64,000 nucleotides of DNA from Holophagaceae bacterium. GTDB taxonomy: Bacteria > Acidobacteriota > Holophagae > Holophagales > Holophagaceae. Where the stretch lies: contig DATFAX010000051.1 in the NCBI GenBank assembly GCA_035254125.1, positions 61,142 through 125,141 of the forward strand, given 5' to 3'. The notes under the pieces were generated by a model, which made no database searches, had not been told where the DNA came from, and worked only from the letters and a program-made list of their open reading frames with translations. The position numbers were made by a program, and so were the translations under genes. This document shows, piece after piece, positions 9,843-19,491 of the stretch; within the stretch, counting starts at the first letter, position 1; each line of letters starts with the position of its first letter.

Positions 9843-10376
9843 TCAGAGCTGCAGGAGGCCCACGACGACCCGGGCGTCCTTCAGCTCGTGCATCTCGCCG
9901 GGCCGGCTTCCCTCCTGCAGCACCTTCGCCCGCAGGACCTCCAGGGGGAAGGGACTATCCCCGGTGAAGGCCCCGGCCTCCTTCACCTGGCAGGCCACCC
10001 AGCAGACCGCCTCTTCGCGGGAGAGGGGCATGCGCGCGGGATCGCTGACGAAGAGGCCCAGATGCAGCTCCCCCGGACCCGCGCCCGACACGGCGACCAC
10101 GGTGTACCCCGGGTGGTGTTCCTGCAGGGGTTCCCAGGTGAAGTGGGCGGGATCCGCCTTGAGGGTGAGCACAAGGCCGCCCTGGGCGGGGCCCGGCTTG
10201 AAGGTCACCCGCAGCACCACGCGGCTGGGTCGGCTGCCCACATCCAGCGCCAGCCCGCATTCTCCGGCCTGGAGGGCGGAGGGTCGACCGGCCCCGGGAT
10301 GGTCCCGCACCTGGGTCCCGCACGCTGCGAGAAGGAGGAGGGCGGGGGGGAGGCTTCGGAGGGCGGTTGGGCGCAT
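9843..10376 (-). CDS. Putative lipoprotein, function unknown, distantly similar to the 6867..7463 lipoprotein
   Basis: Last 177 aa of ORF 9843..10907(-); Met 178 maps to nt 10376. MRPTALRSLPPALLLLAACG has a lipobox. Shares ...GLVLTLKADPAHFTW... and ...WVACQVKEAGAF... with ...GAAFTLKGDATRLTW... and ...RVAIDFKANAGL... of the other lipoprotein. The upstream part of the ORF is an antisense shadow of the kinase gene. Confidence 0.65.
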   Translation of the reverse strand: MRPTALRSLPPALLLLAACGTQVRDHPGAGRPSALQAGECGLALDVGSRPSRVVLRVTFKPGPAQGGLVLTLKADPAHFTWEPLQEHHPGYTVVAVSGAGPGELHLGLFVSDPARMPLSREEAVCWVACQVKEAGAFTGDSPFPLEVLRAKVLQEGSRPGEMHELKDARVVVGLLQL

Positions 10377-10511
10377 GGGATCTCGCACCCCAGGTTCCGC
10401 CCCGATCCCGGCGGGGGACAGGGCCAGTCCGCGACGGATCGGGGGTGCAGTTCCGCGGAAGGCCCCCCCGACCTTGTGGCATCGTGGATCCATGACCCCG
10501 GGCCCGCGGCC

Positions 10512-13500
10512 ATGAGCGAATCCCACGAACCATCCGCGCCCTCTGAAGGGGCGGGGCGCTACGAGCTGAGGGAACTGCTCGGCGAAGGGGGCATGGGCCG
10601 GGTCTACAGGGCCTGGGACGCTTTCCTCGAGCGGGAAGTGGCCCTCAAATTCATCCGCAACGATGACCTCCTGGAGGCCCAACGCCTGCTGCTGGAGGCG
10701 CGCATCCAGGCGGGCCTGGACCACCCCGCCGTGGCCAAGGTCTTCGAGGTGGGCGACTGGGACGGGCGGCCCTTCATCGCCATGCAGAGGGTCCGGGGTG
10801 AAGCCCTGGATGTGGCCGCCCGGGAGCTGAGCTGGAAGGCCAAGGCGGAGCTCATGGCGCGGGTGGCGGAGGCGGTGCATGCCGCGCACCTCAAGGGCCT
10901 GGTGCACCGCGATCTCAAGCCGGCCAACATCCTCGTGGAAACGGGCCCGTCCGGGGAGCGCCGGCCCTTCGTCCTCGATTTCGGCCTGGCCCGGGGCGCC
11001 AGCCAGCCCGGGTCCTCCCTGGCCCAGCTGCCGGCGGGGACCCTGGCCTACATGGCTCCGGAGCAGGCCTCGGGCATGGCCTCGGTGGATGCCCGCAGCG
11101 ACATCTACAGCCTGGGGGCCACGCTCTACGCCCTCCTGGCCGGGGCGCCGCCCTTCTCCGACCGCCGATCCGCCCCTGAATCACGGGCCCCAGAGGAGGT
11201 CAGTGATTCGGCGCGTCTCCCCGAAGCCCAGTTCGCGCTCTTCAGGGCCGTGCTCGAGGCGGAACCGGAACCCCTGCGGCGGCGCGTGAAGGGCCTCCCC
11301 CGGGATCTGGAGACGATCACCGCCACATGCCTCCAGAAGGATCCCCGGCGCCGCTATGCCAGCGCCCAAGTCCTGGCGGAAGATCTGCGCCGGTTCATCG
11401 ACGGCCATCCGATCACCGCCCGTCCCCCCGGGCTCCTCACCAAGGGCACGAAGCTGGTGCTCCGCCACCGGGCCCTGACGGGACTGGCCGCCGTTGCGCT
11501 CCTCATTTTGGCGGCGCAGCAGGTGTCCGCCGTGCGGCGCACGTGGCGGGCCGGGGCCGACTCCGTGCGGCTCGGGGCGGAGGCCCAGGACCTCGAAGCC
11601 CAGTTGCGCATGGCCTACCTCCGGCCGCGCCACGACCTGCGTCCCGATCTGGTGGCCGCCCGCACCCGCCTGGCCCGCCTGGAGGCCACCGTGCGGGAAG
11701 GAGGCCGAAACCTGGAGGGGCCCGGCGACTTCGCGCTGGGTCGCGCGTACCTGGCCCTCCGGGACTACGAACCCGCGCGGCAGGCGCTGGAGCGGGCCCG
11801 GGAGCGGGGCCTGCGCGGGCCCGACTTGGCCCTCGCGCTGGGCACCACCTATGGCGAGCTGTATCGGGCCCGGCGGGCCGAAGTGGAGCGCATCGCCGAC
11901 CCTTCCCTCCGGCAGAAAGCCCTGGCCGAGGCCAATCGGGAAGGGCGGGACCGCGCCCTGGAGCACCTGCGGGAGGCGGCGCGGGAGCGGGGTGATGGCG
12001 CCCTCTACGCCGAAGGCCTGCTCGCCTTCTACCAGGACGCATTGGAGGAGGCCCTCGCCAAGGCCCGGGCCGCCATCGCCCGCAATCCGGCCCTCTACGA
12101 AGCCCGGAAACTGGAAGGCGATGTCCTCCTCGACATGGGGCGGAAAAGGGTCTTCGCGGGCGACATGAAGGGCGGCCTTCCCCCGTTCGAGCTGTCCCGC
12201 GAAGCCTATGCCAAGGCCCTGGACATGGCGCGCAGTGACCCCACCCTCCATCGCGCCGAGGGCAAGCGGTGCTACATCCTCGCCTACGCCCAGCTGGCCC
12301 GGGGCCTGGATCCCTCGGAGACCCTGGCCCAGGGCCTCGCGGCGGTGGCGGCGGCCAGCGAAGTGAATCCCGAGGATTCCACCACCGCGCACCTCGGCGC
12401 GAACCTCTCCCTGGAACAGGCGGACTTCGAATCCAAGCGGGGACGCTCACCCGCGGAGGCCCTGCGGCAAGCGCAGGCCTTCGCCGAGCGGGGCATCGCG
12501 CTGGCCGCGAACCGATCCGACTCCTGGGAGATCCTCGCGGCGGTTTGCGGAGCGCGGGTGGACGGCATGGCCTGGGGGGATGGGGCCATCCCGCCCCTGG
12601 TGGACCGTGGCCTCACGGCCACCAGCTGGGCCCTTCAGATCAATCCCGCCTCCAACAACGCCCACTACATCCGGGCCATGCTGCTCCTGAACCGCGCGCT
12701 CCTGCAGGAGTCCGCGGGCCAGGATCCACGGGCTGATCTCCGGGAGGGCATCGAACATGCCCAGAAAGCCCAGACCCTGGGCGGCAACCGCCCCCTCGCC
12801 CTCATGGCGGAGGGCCAACTCAGCAGCAGCCTGGCCCTGTACGAGGTCGAACGGGGGCTAGAGGCCGAGCCTTCGGCTGCCCTGGCCACGGAGCGCTTCG
12901 CCCAGGCCCAGGCCACGGGCGCGGGGCTGGCCGTGGTGGCGGGCCCCCACGCGGCGTGGCTGGACGCCTGGGCTCACATCCAACTGGATCTCGGTCATCC
13001 GGCCGGTCCCCAGCGACAAGCCCTCCAGGCCATGGAACAGCAGATGCGCAAGGAAGGCGGTCCACCGGCCCTGATCCGCCTGATGGCGGATGCCCGGCAC
13101 CTGCTCGACCTGCGGGAGCAGCTGGAGGGCGAGGTGACGCCGGAGCGGGCCCGGAAGGCCGCCCTAGCGGCCCAGGCGCTGGCGGATCGCCTGGGCCGGG
13201 GCCTGGGCACGGAGCCCGACCCCGAGCGGGCGCGCCTGGCGCTGAGGGCGAGGTCCCTGGAGGTGCTCGGCCGCTTCCGGGCCGGGGAACCCTGGCTCGC
13301 CGCAGCCCAGCGGGGCCAGGAGCTGCTGCGCCACCTGGCCCCCCGGGAGCAGGATGCGGGGCTGCCCCTGCTGCGGTCCGTGGTCCGCGCGTCGGGGGCC
13401 GCCGCCGCCGCGCCGGTGGCCCTGGTGGAAGACCTCCTCGCCCGGAGCCAGTCCATCCACAGGGACCTTCCCGAGCTCGCCTTCGTCCGGGACTGGCTGC

Positions 13501-13574
13501 GGGGCGCTTCCGACGGTTCCAGGATGCCCGCGGTCCTGGCGCGGAACCGGTACCGGAGTGGAACCCGCGGCTGA
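10512..13574 (+). CDS. Membrane Ser/Thr protein kinase (Hanks type) with one TM helix and ~650-aa all-alpha TPR-like extracytoplasmic domain
   Basis: In-frame ATG 10512 of ORF 9825..13574. LGEGGMGRVYRA (G-loop), VALKFI (catalytic Lys), HRDLKPANIL, DFGLA, APEQ. TM segment ALTGLAAVALLILAAQQVSAV, then a long Ala/Leu/Arg/Glu-rich helical repeat region. Confidence 0.9.
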   Translation: MSESHEPSAPSEGAGRYELRELLGEGGMGRVYRAWDAFLEREVALKFIRNDDLLEAQRLLLEARIQAGLDHPAVAKVFEVGDWDGRPFIAMQRVRGEALDVAARELSWKAKAELMARVAEAVHAAHLKGLVHRDLKPANILVETGPSGERRPFVLDFGLARGASQPGSSLAQLPAGTLAYMAPEQASGMASVDARSDIYSLGATLYALLAGAPPFSDRRSAPESRAPEEVSDSARLPEAQFALFRAVLEAEPEPLRRRVKGLPRDLETITATCLQKDPRRRYASAQVLAEDLRRFIDGHPITARPPGLLTKGTKLVLRHRALTGLAAVALLILAAQQVSAVRRTWRAGADSVRLGAEAQDLEAQLRMAYLRPRHDLRPDLVAARTRLARLEATVREGGRNLEGPGDFALGRAYLALRDYEPARQALERARERGLRGPDLALALGTTYGELYRARRAEVERIADPSLRQKALAEANREGRDRALEHLREAARERGDGALYAEGLLAFYQDALEEALAKARAAIARNPALYEARKLEGDVLLDMGRKRVFAGDMKGGLPPFELSREAYAKALDMARSDPTLHRAEGKRCYILAYAQLARGLDPSETLAQGLAAVAAASEVNPEDSTTAHLGANLSLEQADFESKRGRSPAEALRQAQAFAERGIALAANRSDSWEILAAVCGARVDGMAWGDGAIPPLVDRGLTATSWALQINPASNNAHYIRAMLLLNRALLQESAGQDPRADLREGIEHAQKAQTLGGNRPLALMAEGQLSSSLALYEVERGLEAEPSAALATERFAQAQATGAGLAVVAGPHAAWLDAWAHIQLDLGHPAGPQRQALQAMEQQMRKEGGPPALIRLMADARHLLDLREQLEGEVTPERARKAALAAQALADRLGRGLGTEPDPERARLALRARSLEVLGRFRAGEPWLAAAQRGQELLRHLAPREQDAGLPLLRSVVRASGAAAAAPVALVEDLLARSQSIHRDLPELAFVRDWLRGASDGSRMPAVLARNRYRSGTRG

Positions 13575-13586
13575 GCCGGAAGGCCC

Positions 13587-14315
13587 TCAGTACTTTTTCG
13601 CGAAGACCCGGGTCATCCCGTCGCGACCGGCTTCCACGTACACGCAGAGGCCTTGGGCCTGCAGCGCGCGGCAGACCCAGGCGGGCGAGAGGCGGAGCTT
13701 CCGGTGCGTGCTCACCCGCAATTGCCATCCCGAGTCTTCCCGCTCGTGGAGGATGTCGTGCACGCACACCGTCTCCGGGGAAAATTCCAGGAAGCAGGTG
13801 AGGATCCGTTGGGCGCTGCTCATCACGGGGATGAACCGCTGCGCTTCCTTCAGAGGGGTGGTGTAATCGCGGAAGGATAAGAGGGCCTGCCCGCCCACGC
13901 GGAGGGATTGGGACATCGCCACGAAGAGCCGCTCCACCTCGGTGCAGTCCGGCAGGTGGGTCAGGGCATCACCCATGCACACGATGAGGTCGGCCCTGCC
14001 CTCCAGGTGGCGGGGGAAATGCAGGATCGAATCCTCGACGGCATGGATGGGGAGGGCCTCCGAATGGTCGCGCAGCAACCCCAACAACCACGACGAGGTG
14101 TCCACGGCGAGGACGCGATAGCCCTTCCGGGCCAGGGGGATGGCGTGCATCCCGAACCCCGAACCCAGGTCCACCGCCACCTGCCCCGGTCGCGGCGCCG
14201 GACAGTTCCGCTCCACCTCGTTCCGTCCCCGCCGCATCGCCGCATCCATGCCGCCTGCCATCCACGGATAGCTCCGGGCCAGGTGGCTCTCGTAATGCAC
14301 TTCGGCAGTCGTCAT
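13587..14315 (-). CDS. Class I SAM-dependent methyltransferase
   Basis: Met 82 of ORF 13587..14558(-) maps to nt 14315. Motif I VAVDLGSGFGMHA, post-I LAVD, and LIVCMGDALTHL. Confidence 0.8.
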   Translation of the reverse strand: MTTAEVHYESHLARSYPWMAGGMDAAMRRGRNEVERNCPAPRPGQVAVDLGSGFGMHAIPLARKGYRVLAVDTSSWLLGLLRDHSEALPIHAVEDSILHFPRHLEGRADLIVCMGDALTHLPDCTEVERLFVAMSQSLRVGGQALLSFRDYTTPLKEAQRFIPVMSSAQRILTCFLEFSPETVCVHDILHEREDSGWQLRVSTHRKLRLSPAWVCRALQAQGLCVYVEAGRDGMTRVFAKKY

Positions 14316-14601
14316 GGCGATGGACCGATCTCCGGGATGGATCGCGGCAGCAGCTGGGTTCTGAATGGCAAGGGCTCCCCAGCCTTCCACAAAGGCGTCG
14401 GCATCAAAGGGCCAGTTTCCCGAAATCGTGGGGGCCAGTGGGTGCGCCGGCTCCGCTCGGGTTGCACCCTGAGCGGGCTTCCGTGGAGGCGGTCGGCCTT
14501 CGGACGGCGGCCCAGGGAGGTGCTTCCACACCACTCCAAATCCGGCCCGCCGCCCCACCCCGGGGCATGAAAAAGGGCCCGATCAGATCGGACCCTTCAA
14601 G

Positions 14602-14678
<77 letters not shown>

Positions 14679-14745
14679 GCAGGATAGTCAGTGTAGCACA
14701 GGGGCGCGGGATGGGAAGCGGGAATGCGCCGGGGTAGGCTGGGGC

Positions 14746-15336
14746 ATGCGCAGACTGGGCACGATCATCCGCATCCAGATCCAGTTGGATCGCTTGAAGT
14801 CGGGGGAGGAGCCACGGCGGATCTTCGACCCGAGGCCGATCCGGAGTGTGGCGGAAGCCTGGGTGGGCCCGGAGGGGCTCGTGGCGCCCTGGGGGGAGGG
14901 CCAGGTGCTGGATGTCCACCATCGGAACCATCCCCACAGCCGGAACCGCGAGGGGCGGAATGCCGTGTCCCTGGGGTTCGAAGGGCACTACGCGCTGATG
15001 CGGACCCGGTTCGGGGAACGGCTCTCCCTGGGGGCGGCCGGGGAGAACTTCATCGTTTCCGGGGCGGAGGTGGTGACGGCCGGGATGCTGGCCGGTGGAG
15101 TGATCCTGCGCCTGGGAGGTGGGGGTGAGCTCCGGCTGAGGGAGGTGCATCCGGCGCCGCCCTGCGCGCCCTTCGCGCAGTGGGCCCTGGGTCACCCGGA
15201 GGGTGAGGTGGATCCCCAGGCGCGGAAGGAGGCACTTGTGGCCCTGGGCGAGGGGATCCGGGGCTTCTATGCCTGCATGGAAGGGGCGGAACCGGTCCGA
15301 GTGGGGGTCGGGGACGAGGTCTGGGCCCTGGGCTGA
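14746..15336 (+). CDS. MOSC domain-containing protein
   Basis: In-frame ATG 14746 of ORF 14635..15336 (the upstream part overlaps the tRNA). Beta-barrel-like sequence with the conserved Cys context HPAPPCAPF near the C-terminal third. Confidence 0.65.
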   Translation: MRRLGTIIRIQIQLDRLKSGEEPRRIFDPRPIRSVAEAWVGPEGLVAPWGEGQVLDVHHRNHPHSRNREGRNAVSLGFEGHYALMRTRFGERLSLGAAGENFIVSGAEVVTAGMLAGGVILRLGGGGELRLREVHPAPPCAPFAQWALGHPEGEVDPQARKEALVALGEGIRGFYACMEGAEPVRVGVGDEVWALG

Positions 15337-15386
15337 CGCCAGGGGCCGGGCCGGGGCTACACTGGCCCCTTCACCCCGGACCGTCC

Positions 15387-17339
15387 ATGCGCTGCTGCTT
15401 CGCCCTGTTCCTCTCCTTGGTTTCCCTGGCGGCCGCGCCGCGCACCGGCACGCCGGAGAAATGGTTTCCGAAGGCCCTGAGCCCCCGCATCGCCAACTAT
15501 GTGATCAACGGGAAGCTGGACTGGGCCTCGAAGACCCTGGAGGGCACGGAGACCATCACCTGGCGGAATGCGGGCACGGCACCGACGAAGGAGTTCCCGC
15601 TCCACCTGTACCTCAACGCCTTCAAGGGGCCCCAGAGCCGGTTCATGACGGAGAGCGGGGGCCGCCTCCGGGGGGATCAGATGGGGGATCCGGCGGATCC
15701 CACCAGTTGGGGCTACTGCCGCCTGATCAGCACCAAGGTGGACGGCAAGGTGGTGAGCGGCACCCCGGGCGAGGATGAGACCGTGTACTGGGTGGCCCTG
15801 CCCCGGGCCGTGGCGCCCGGGGAGTCCATCCAAGTCGAGGTCGCCTGGCAGAGCCGCTTCCCGCGGACCTTCGCCCGCTCAGGGTACGAAGGCAACTTCC
15901 TCATGGCGGCCCAGTGGTTCCCCAAGGTGGGCGTGTACCAGGGCGCCGCCTGGAACTGCCATGCCTACCACGCCTTCACGGAGTTCTTCTCGGACTTTGG
16001 AACCTACGATGTGACGCTGGCGGTGCCCAATTCCTTGCTGGTGGCGACCACGGGCACGCCCGTGGAGACCCGGGGCCCCGACGGCCAGATGTACGAGGCG
16101 GTGGAGGATCCCAAGAACCCGAAGGTGCACCTCTGGCGCATCCACGCGGAGGATGTGCACGACTTCGCCTTCGCCTGCCGGCCCAAGCTGGATTGGGATG
16201 TGCACGTGTGGGAGTACCGCGGGGTGGAGGTGAAGTACTACACGCAGAGCAAGACGAGCGCGAACATCTACCGCCAGCGGCGCGCCGTGGAGGCGGCCCT
16301 GCGCCTCTCCCAGGAGTGGTACTTCAAGTACCCCTACCCAGTGCTCACGGTGATCGACACCCCCGAGGACGCCCCCGGCGCCGATGGGATGGAGTACCCC
16401 ACGCTCATCACGGCGGCTTCCGTGGCCTTCGACCCCTTCGAGTGGCGCGACGCTCCCGAGGTGGTCTCCGTGCATGAATTCGGCCACCAGTACTTCTACG
16501 GCATGCTGGCCAGCAATGAATTCGAGGAGGCCTGGTTGGATGAGGGCTTCACCAGCTGGTTCACCCATAAGGTGATGCTCACCACGTACCACGGGCTCCT
16601 GCCCAGCCGCCGCGTGCACATCCCCACGGACTTCGGCGAGTGGGCGGGCTACTGGTCGGGCCCCAGCAGCGACCCCCTCACGGTGGTGAGCTTCAAGGCC
16701 CGAGATTGGGACAGCTACGGCCGCGTGGCCTATGCCAAGCCCACGATGGTCCTGAACCAGCTGGAGGCCCTGCTGGGCCGGCCCCTCATGGACCAGGTGA
16801 TGCGGGCCTACACGGAGGAGATGAAATTCCGGCACCCCGTGCGCGGGGATTTCCGCCGCATCGCGGAGCGGGTTTCCGGTCGGGACCTCACGAAGTTCTG
16901 GCAGGACTTCGTCGAAGGCACGGAGGTGCTCGACTACGTGATCCAGTCGGTGGAGGTGCGCGAGGTGCAGCAAGGCGGCTGGATGGAGGGCAAGGACGGA
17001 CCCGTGTTCGCCGCGCCCCAGCAGGTGTCACCAGGCCGCACGGGCCGCGTGACACTGGTCCGCAAAGGGGGCATCACCGTGCCCATCACCCTGTGGGTGC
17101 GCCTGGAGAACCGGGAGGAGCGTCGGGTGACTTGGGATGGCGTGGACCGATGGGCCACCTTCGACTTCGACAGCCCCGTGGTGGCCGCCGTGGTGGATCC
17201 CGATGGCAACCATCCGATGCTGAAGGACCGCCTCCACGCCTCCTGGCTGCCCAAGCCGCCCAGCCGGGGCTTCCACTACTGGGCCCAGATGGCCTGGGGG
17301 GCCCTGGTGGGCGCGCTGCAATCTGCCGGGGTGGCCTGA
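15387..17339 (+). CDS. Secreted M1-family (aminopeptidase N-like, gluzincin) metallopeptidase
   Basis: 650 aa, signal peptide. VHEFGHQYFYG (HExxH) followed 18 residues later by WLDEGFTSW (third zinc ligand Glu). Confidence 0.85.
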   Translation: MRCCFALFLSLVSLAAAPRTGTPEKWFPKALSPRIANYVINGKLDWASKTLEGTETITWRNAGTAPTKEFPLHLYLNAFKGPQSRFMTESGGRLRGDQMGDPADPTSWGYCRLISTKVDGKVVSGTPGEDETVYWVALPRAVAPGESIQVEVAWQSRFPRTFARSGYEGNFLMAAQWFPKVGVYQGAAWNCHAYHAFTEFFSDFGTYDVTLAVPNSLLVATTGTPVETRGPDGQMYEAVEDPKNPKVHLWRIHAEDVHDFAFACRPKLDWDVHVWEYRGVEVKYYTQSKTSANIYRQRRAVEAALRLSQEWYFKYPYPVLTVIDTPEDAPGADGMEYPTLITAASVAFDPFEWRDAPEVVSVHEFGHQYFYGMLASNEFEEAWLDEGFTSWFTHKVMLTTYHGLLPSRRVHIPTDFGEWAGYWSGPSSDPLTVVSFKARDWDSYGRVAYAKPTMVLNQLEALLGRPLMDQVMRAYTEEMKFRHPVRGDFRRIAERVSGRDLTKFWQDFVEGTEVLDYVIQSVEVREVQQGGWMEGKDGPVFAAPQQVSPGRTGRVTLVRKGGITVPITLWVRLENREERRVTWDGVDRWATFDFDSPVVAAVVDPDGNHPMLKDRLHASWLPKPPSRGFHYWAQMAWGALVGALQSAGVA

Positions 17340-17453
17340 GGGGGTTCCGATGGGCCGGACCCGGACACCGGTCAGCGCGGATCCGGGGGGGCTGGGCGGT
17401 GGTCGGGTCTCCGAGGCCCTCAGGCGCCTAGCCTGGGATCCTGGAGTTCCGCC

Positions 17454-17684
17454 ATGGACCAACGCTTCTGGATCCGCCGCTTCCTGCTCGCCTTCGGGGG
17501 CTTCTTCCTGCTCCTGACGATCGCCGCGATCCTGCGGGGCCATCCGGGTCGGGCCTCCGTCGCCCACGGTGTGGAGTGGGGCGCCCTCACGGCCCTGATC
17601 TTCACGGGGTCGGGCCTCTACAATGCCCGCAGGGGCCGGGCCTGCGCCCTGTGCGCAGTGCCCCGGTCCATCCGGAAGGCCTAG
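17454..17684 (+). CDS. Small membrane protein, unknown function
   Basis: 76 aa, GGAG 8 nt upstream of the ATG. Two hydrophobic helices (FLLAFGGFFLLLTIAAIL; WGALTALIFTGSGL). No homolog recognised. Confidence 0.45.
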   Translation: MDQRFWIRRFLLAFGGFFLLLTIAAILRGHPGRASVAHGVEWGALTALIFTGSGLYNARRGRACALCAVPRSIRKA

Positions 17685-18688
17685 AACCCGGGCTGCGCCG
17701 GGGCCGCGTCGCCCATGCGGACTTCCACCAGCCGCCCCTCCGCGTCGAAGCGGAGGAAGGCGGGGAAGTGCACGAGGCCCAGGCGTTCGAAATCGGCCCG
17801 GCTGGGCGCGAGCCAGGCGGTGTCCTGGGTGCGTTGAAGGGCCTGGACGACCGGGCCCGCCTCCGTGGTGCTCACCTCATCGAGGGTGGCTTCGGTGGGA
17901 TCCGCGACCCCTCCCGCCGTGGGCACCACCCAGGCGCAGCCGGGGGGGATGCGGGGCAGGGTGCCTTCAAAGGGCGCGATCCACACGCGATTGCCGCCGA
18001 GGCCCGCGAGGGGGCGGTCGTCCAGGCGCAGCCCCGGGAGGGTCCAGAGGCGGACGGTCGGGAGGGGATGCCCCAGGTGGCCGAAGAGCACCTGGGCCGC
18101 CGCGAAGAGGTCGTCCTGGTCTTCGGGGGTCTTGCCGCGGAGATCGCCCAGGCGCGCTTCGTCCTTTTCCGCCAAGGCGAAGCAGAGGGCGTGACGGAAG
18201 GCGTACCCCTGGATGAGGTCCAGCCCCTTGCCCGCCAGGAGCCGATCCTCCCAGGTGCGCCGCTGGGCCCGGTCCCAGGCGCCGGCGCGGACCTGGGCCT
18301 GCCCCCAGCGCCAGAGGCCCATCCAGGTGCCCAGTTCCTGGGCCTGGAGGTGGGGCAGGCGGCCGACGGCCTCGGCGGGCGTGAGACCCAGGAGGGCCCG
18401 GAAAGCCTCGGCCTCGATCCGCTTGGGGCCCGAGGGGAAGGGGTTCTCGGGGAGGCTGCCCGCTTTGACCAGGGTGCAGTCCCGCAGCCAGCGATAGGCG
18501 GGCCTATCCGCCGGGGCCAAGTCGGGCATGGGTGGCATGAGGCGGCCCGCGTCGTAGGCCGTCAGCAGGGCGATGGCCGCATGGTCGAAGGTGACCTTGG
18601 GGGGGATGGGATTGGGCTGGTTGGCCTTGGGGGCCGTGGCCTGGATCGCACCTGGAGCGAGGAGGGCCGGGAGAAGCAAGGGCAGCAT
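17681..18688 (-). CDS. Hypothetical secreted protein
   Basis: Last 335 aa of ORF 17681..19291(-). Counting residues puts MLPLLLPALLAPGAIQA (signal peptide) at nt 18688. The upstream part of the ORF is a shadow of pyrF. Coding-like composition, no recognisable domain. Confidence 0.6.
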   Translation of the reverse strand: MLPLLLPALLAPGAIQATAPKANQPNPIPPKVTFDHAAIALLTAYDAGRLMPPMPDLAPADRPAYRWLRDCTLVKAGSLPENPFPSGPKRIEAEAFRALLGLTPAEAVGRLPHLQAQELGTWMGLWRWGQAQVRAGAWDRAQRRTWEDRLLAGKGLDLIQGYAFRHALCFALAEKDEARLGDLRGKTPEDQDDLFAAAQVLFGHLGHPLPTVRLWTLPGLRLDDRPLAGLGGNRVWIAPFEGTLPRIPPGCAWVVPTAGGVADPTEATLDEVSTTEAGPVVQALQRTQDTAWLAPSRADFERLGLVHFPAFLRFDAEGRLVEVRMGDAAPAQPGF

Positions 18689-18737
18689 GGGCGCACCGTG
18701 GGAGAATGGGTCTATTCTGCGCTCTGGAGGCCCGCTC

Positions 18738-19454
18738 ATGCAGCCCATCGATCCCAAGTCCCGCCTCGTGGTGGCCCTGGACGTCCCTGAAGCGGCTGCC
18801 GCCCTCCGCATGGCGGAGCGCCTGGCGGGGGAAGTGGGGATGCTGAAGGTTGGGCTCGAGCTCTTCTGCGCTGAGGGGCCGGGCTTCGTGAAGGAGCTGC
18901 AGGCCTTCGCGCCGGTGTTCATGGATCTGAAGTTCCACGACATCCCCACCACCGTGCGCAGGGCGTTGGAGGCGGTGCTCAGCCTTGATCCGCGGCTCAT
19001 CAACGTCCACGCCCAGGGGGGGCCGCAGATGATGGAGGCCGCGGCCCAGGCCGTGCAGGCCCACCGCGCGGCGGGGGGCCAAACCCAATTGCTGGCGGTC
19101 ACCGTGCTCACCTCCCTGGGGCGGGAGGAGTGGGCCCGGCTGGGGCACGCCGAGGGGCCCGGGGAGGCCGCCCTCCAGATGGCCCGACTCGCGGCGGATT
19201 CCGGGTGCGATGGCGTGGTGTGCAGCGCCCAGGAGGCCGCCGCGGTGCGGGATGCCTGCGGCGCCGAGTTCATGCGCCTCTGCCCGGGCATCCGTCCCCG
19301 CGGCTCGGCCGCCCATGATCAGGCCCGCGTGGTGGACCCCGCCTCGGCCCTGCAGATGGGGGCGAACTGGCTCGTGGTGGGCCGGCCCATCACCCACGCG
19401 GAAGACCCCCGTGCCGCGGCGCGGGCCCTGGTGGCGGAGATGGCCCAGCCCTGA
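18738..19454 (+). CDS. pyrF: Orotidine 5'-phosphate decarboxylase
   Basis: Met 56 of ORF 18573..19454. LVVALDV...MLKVGLELF...FMDLKFHDIPTTV...LLAVTVLTS...WLVVGRPI are hallmark PyrF motifs. Confidence 0.9.
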   Translation: MQPIDPKSRLVVALDVPEAAAALRMAERLAGEVGMLKVGLELFCAEGPGFVKELQAFAPVFMDLKFHDIPTTVRRALEAVLSLDPRLINVHAQGGPQMMEAAAQAVQAHRAAGGQTQLLAVTVLTSLGREEWARLGHAEGPGEAALQMARLAADSGCDGVVCSAQEAAAVRDACGAEFMRLCPGIRPRGSAAHDQARVVDPASALQMGANWLVVGRPITHAEDPRAAARALVAEMAQP

Positions 19455-19491
19455 AATCAACCTGCAAGGGGCGGGGGTCGAAGAGGGGCCC

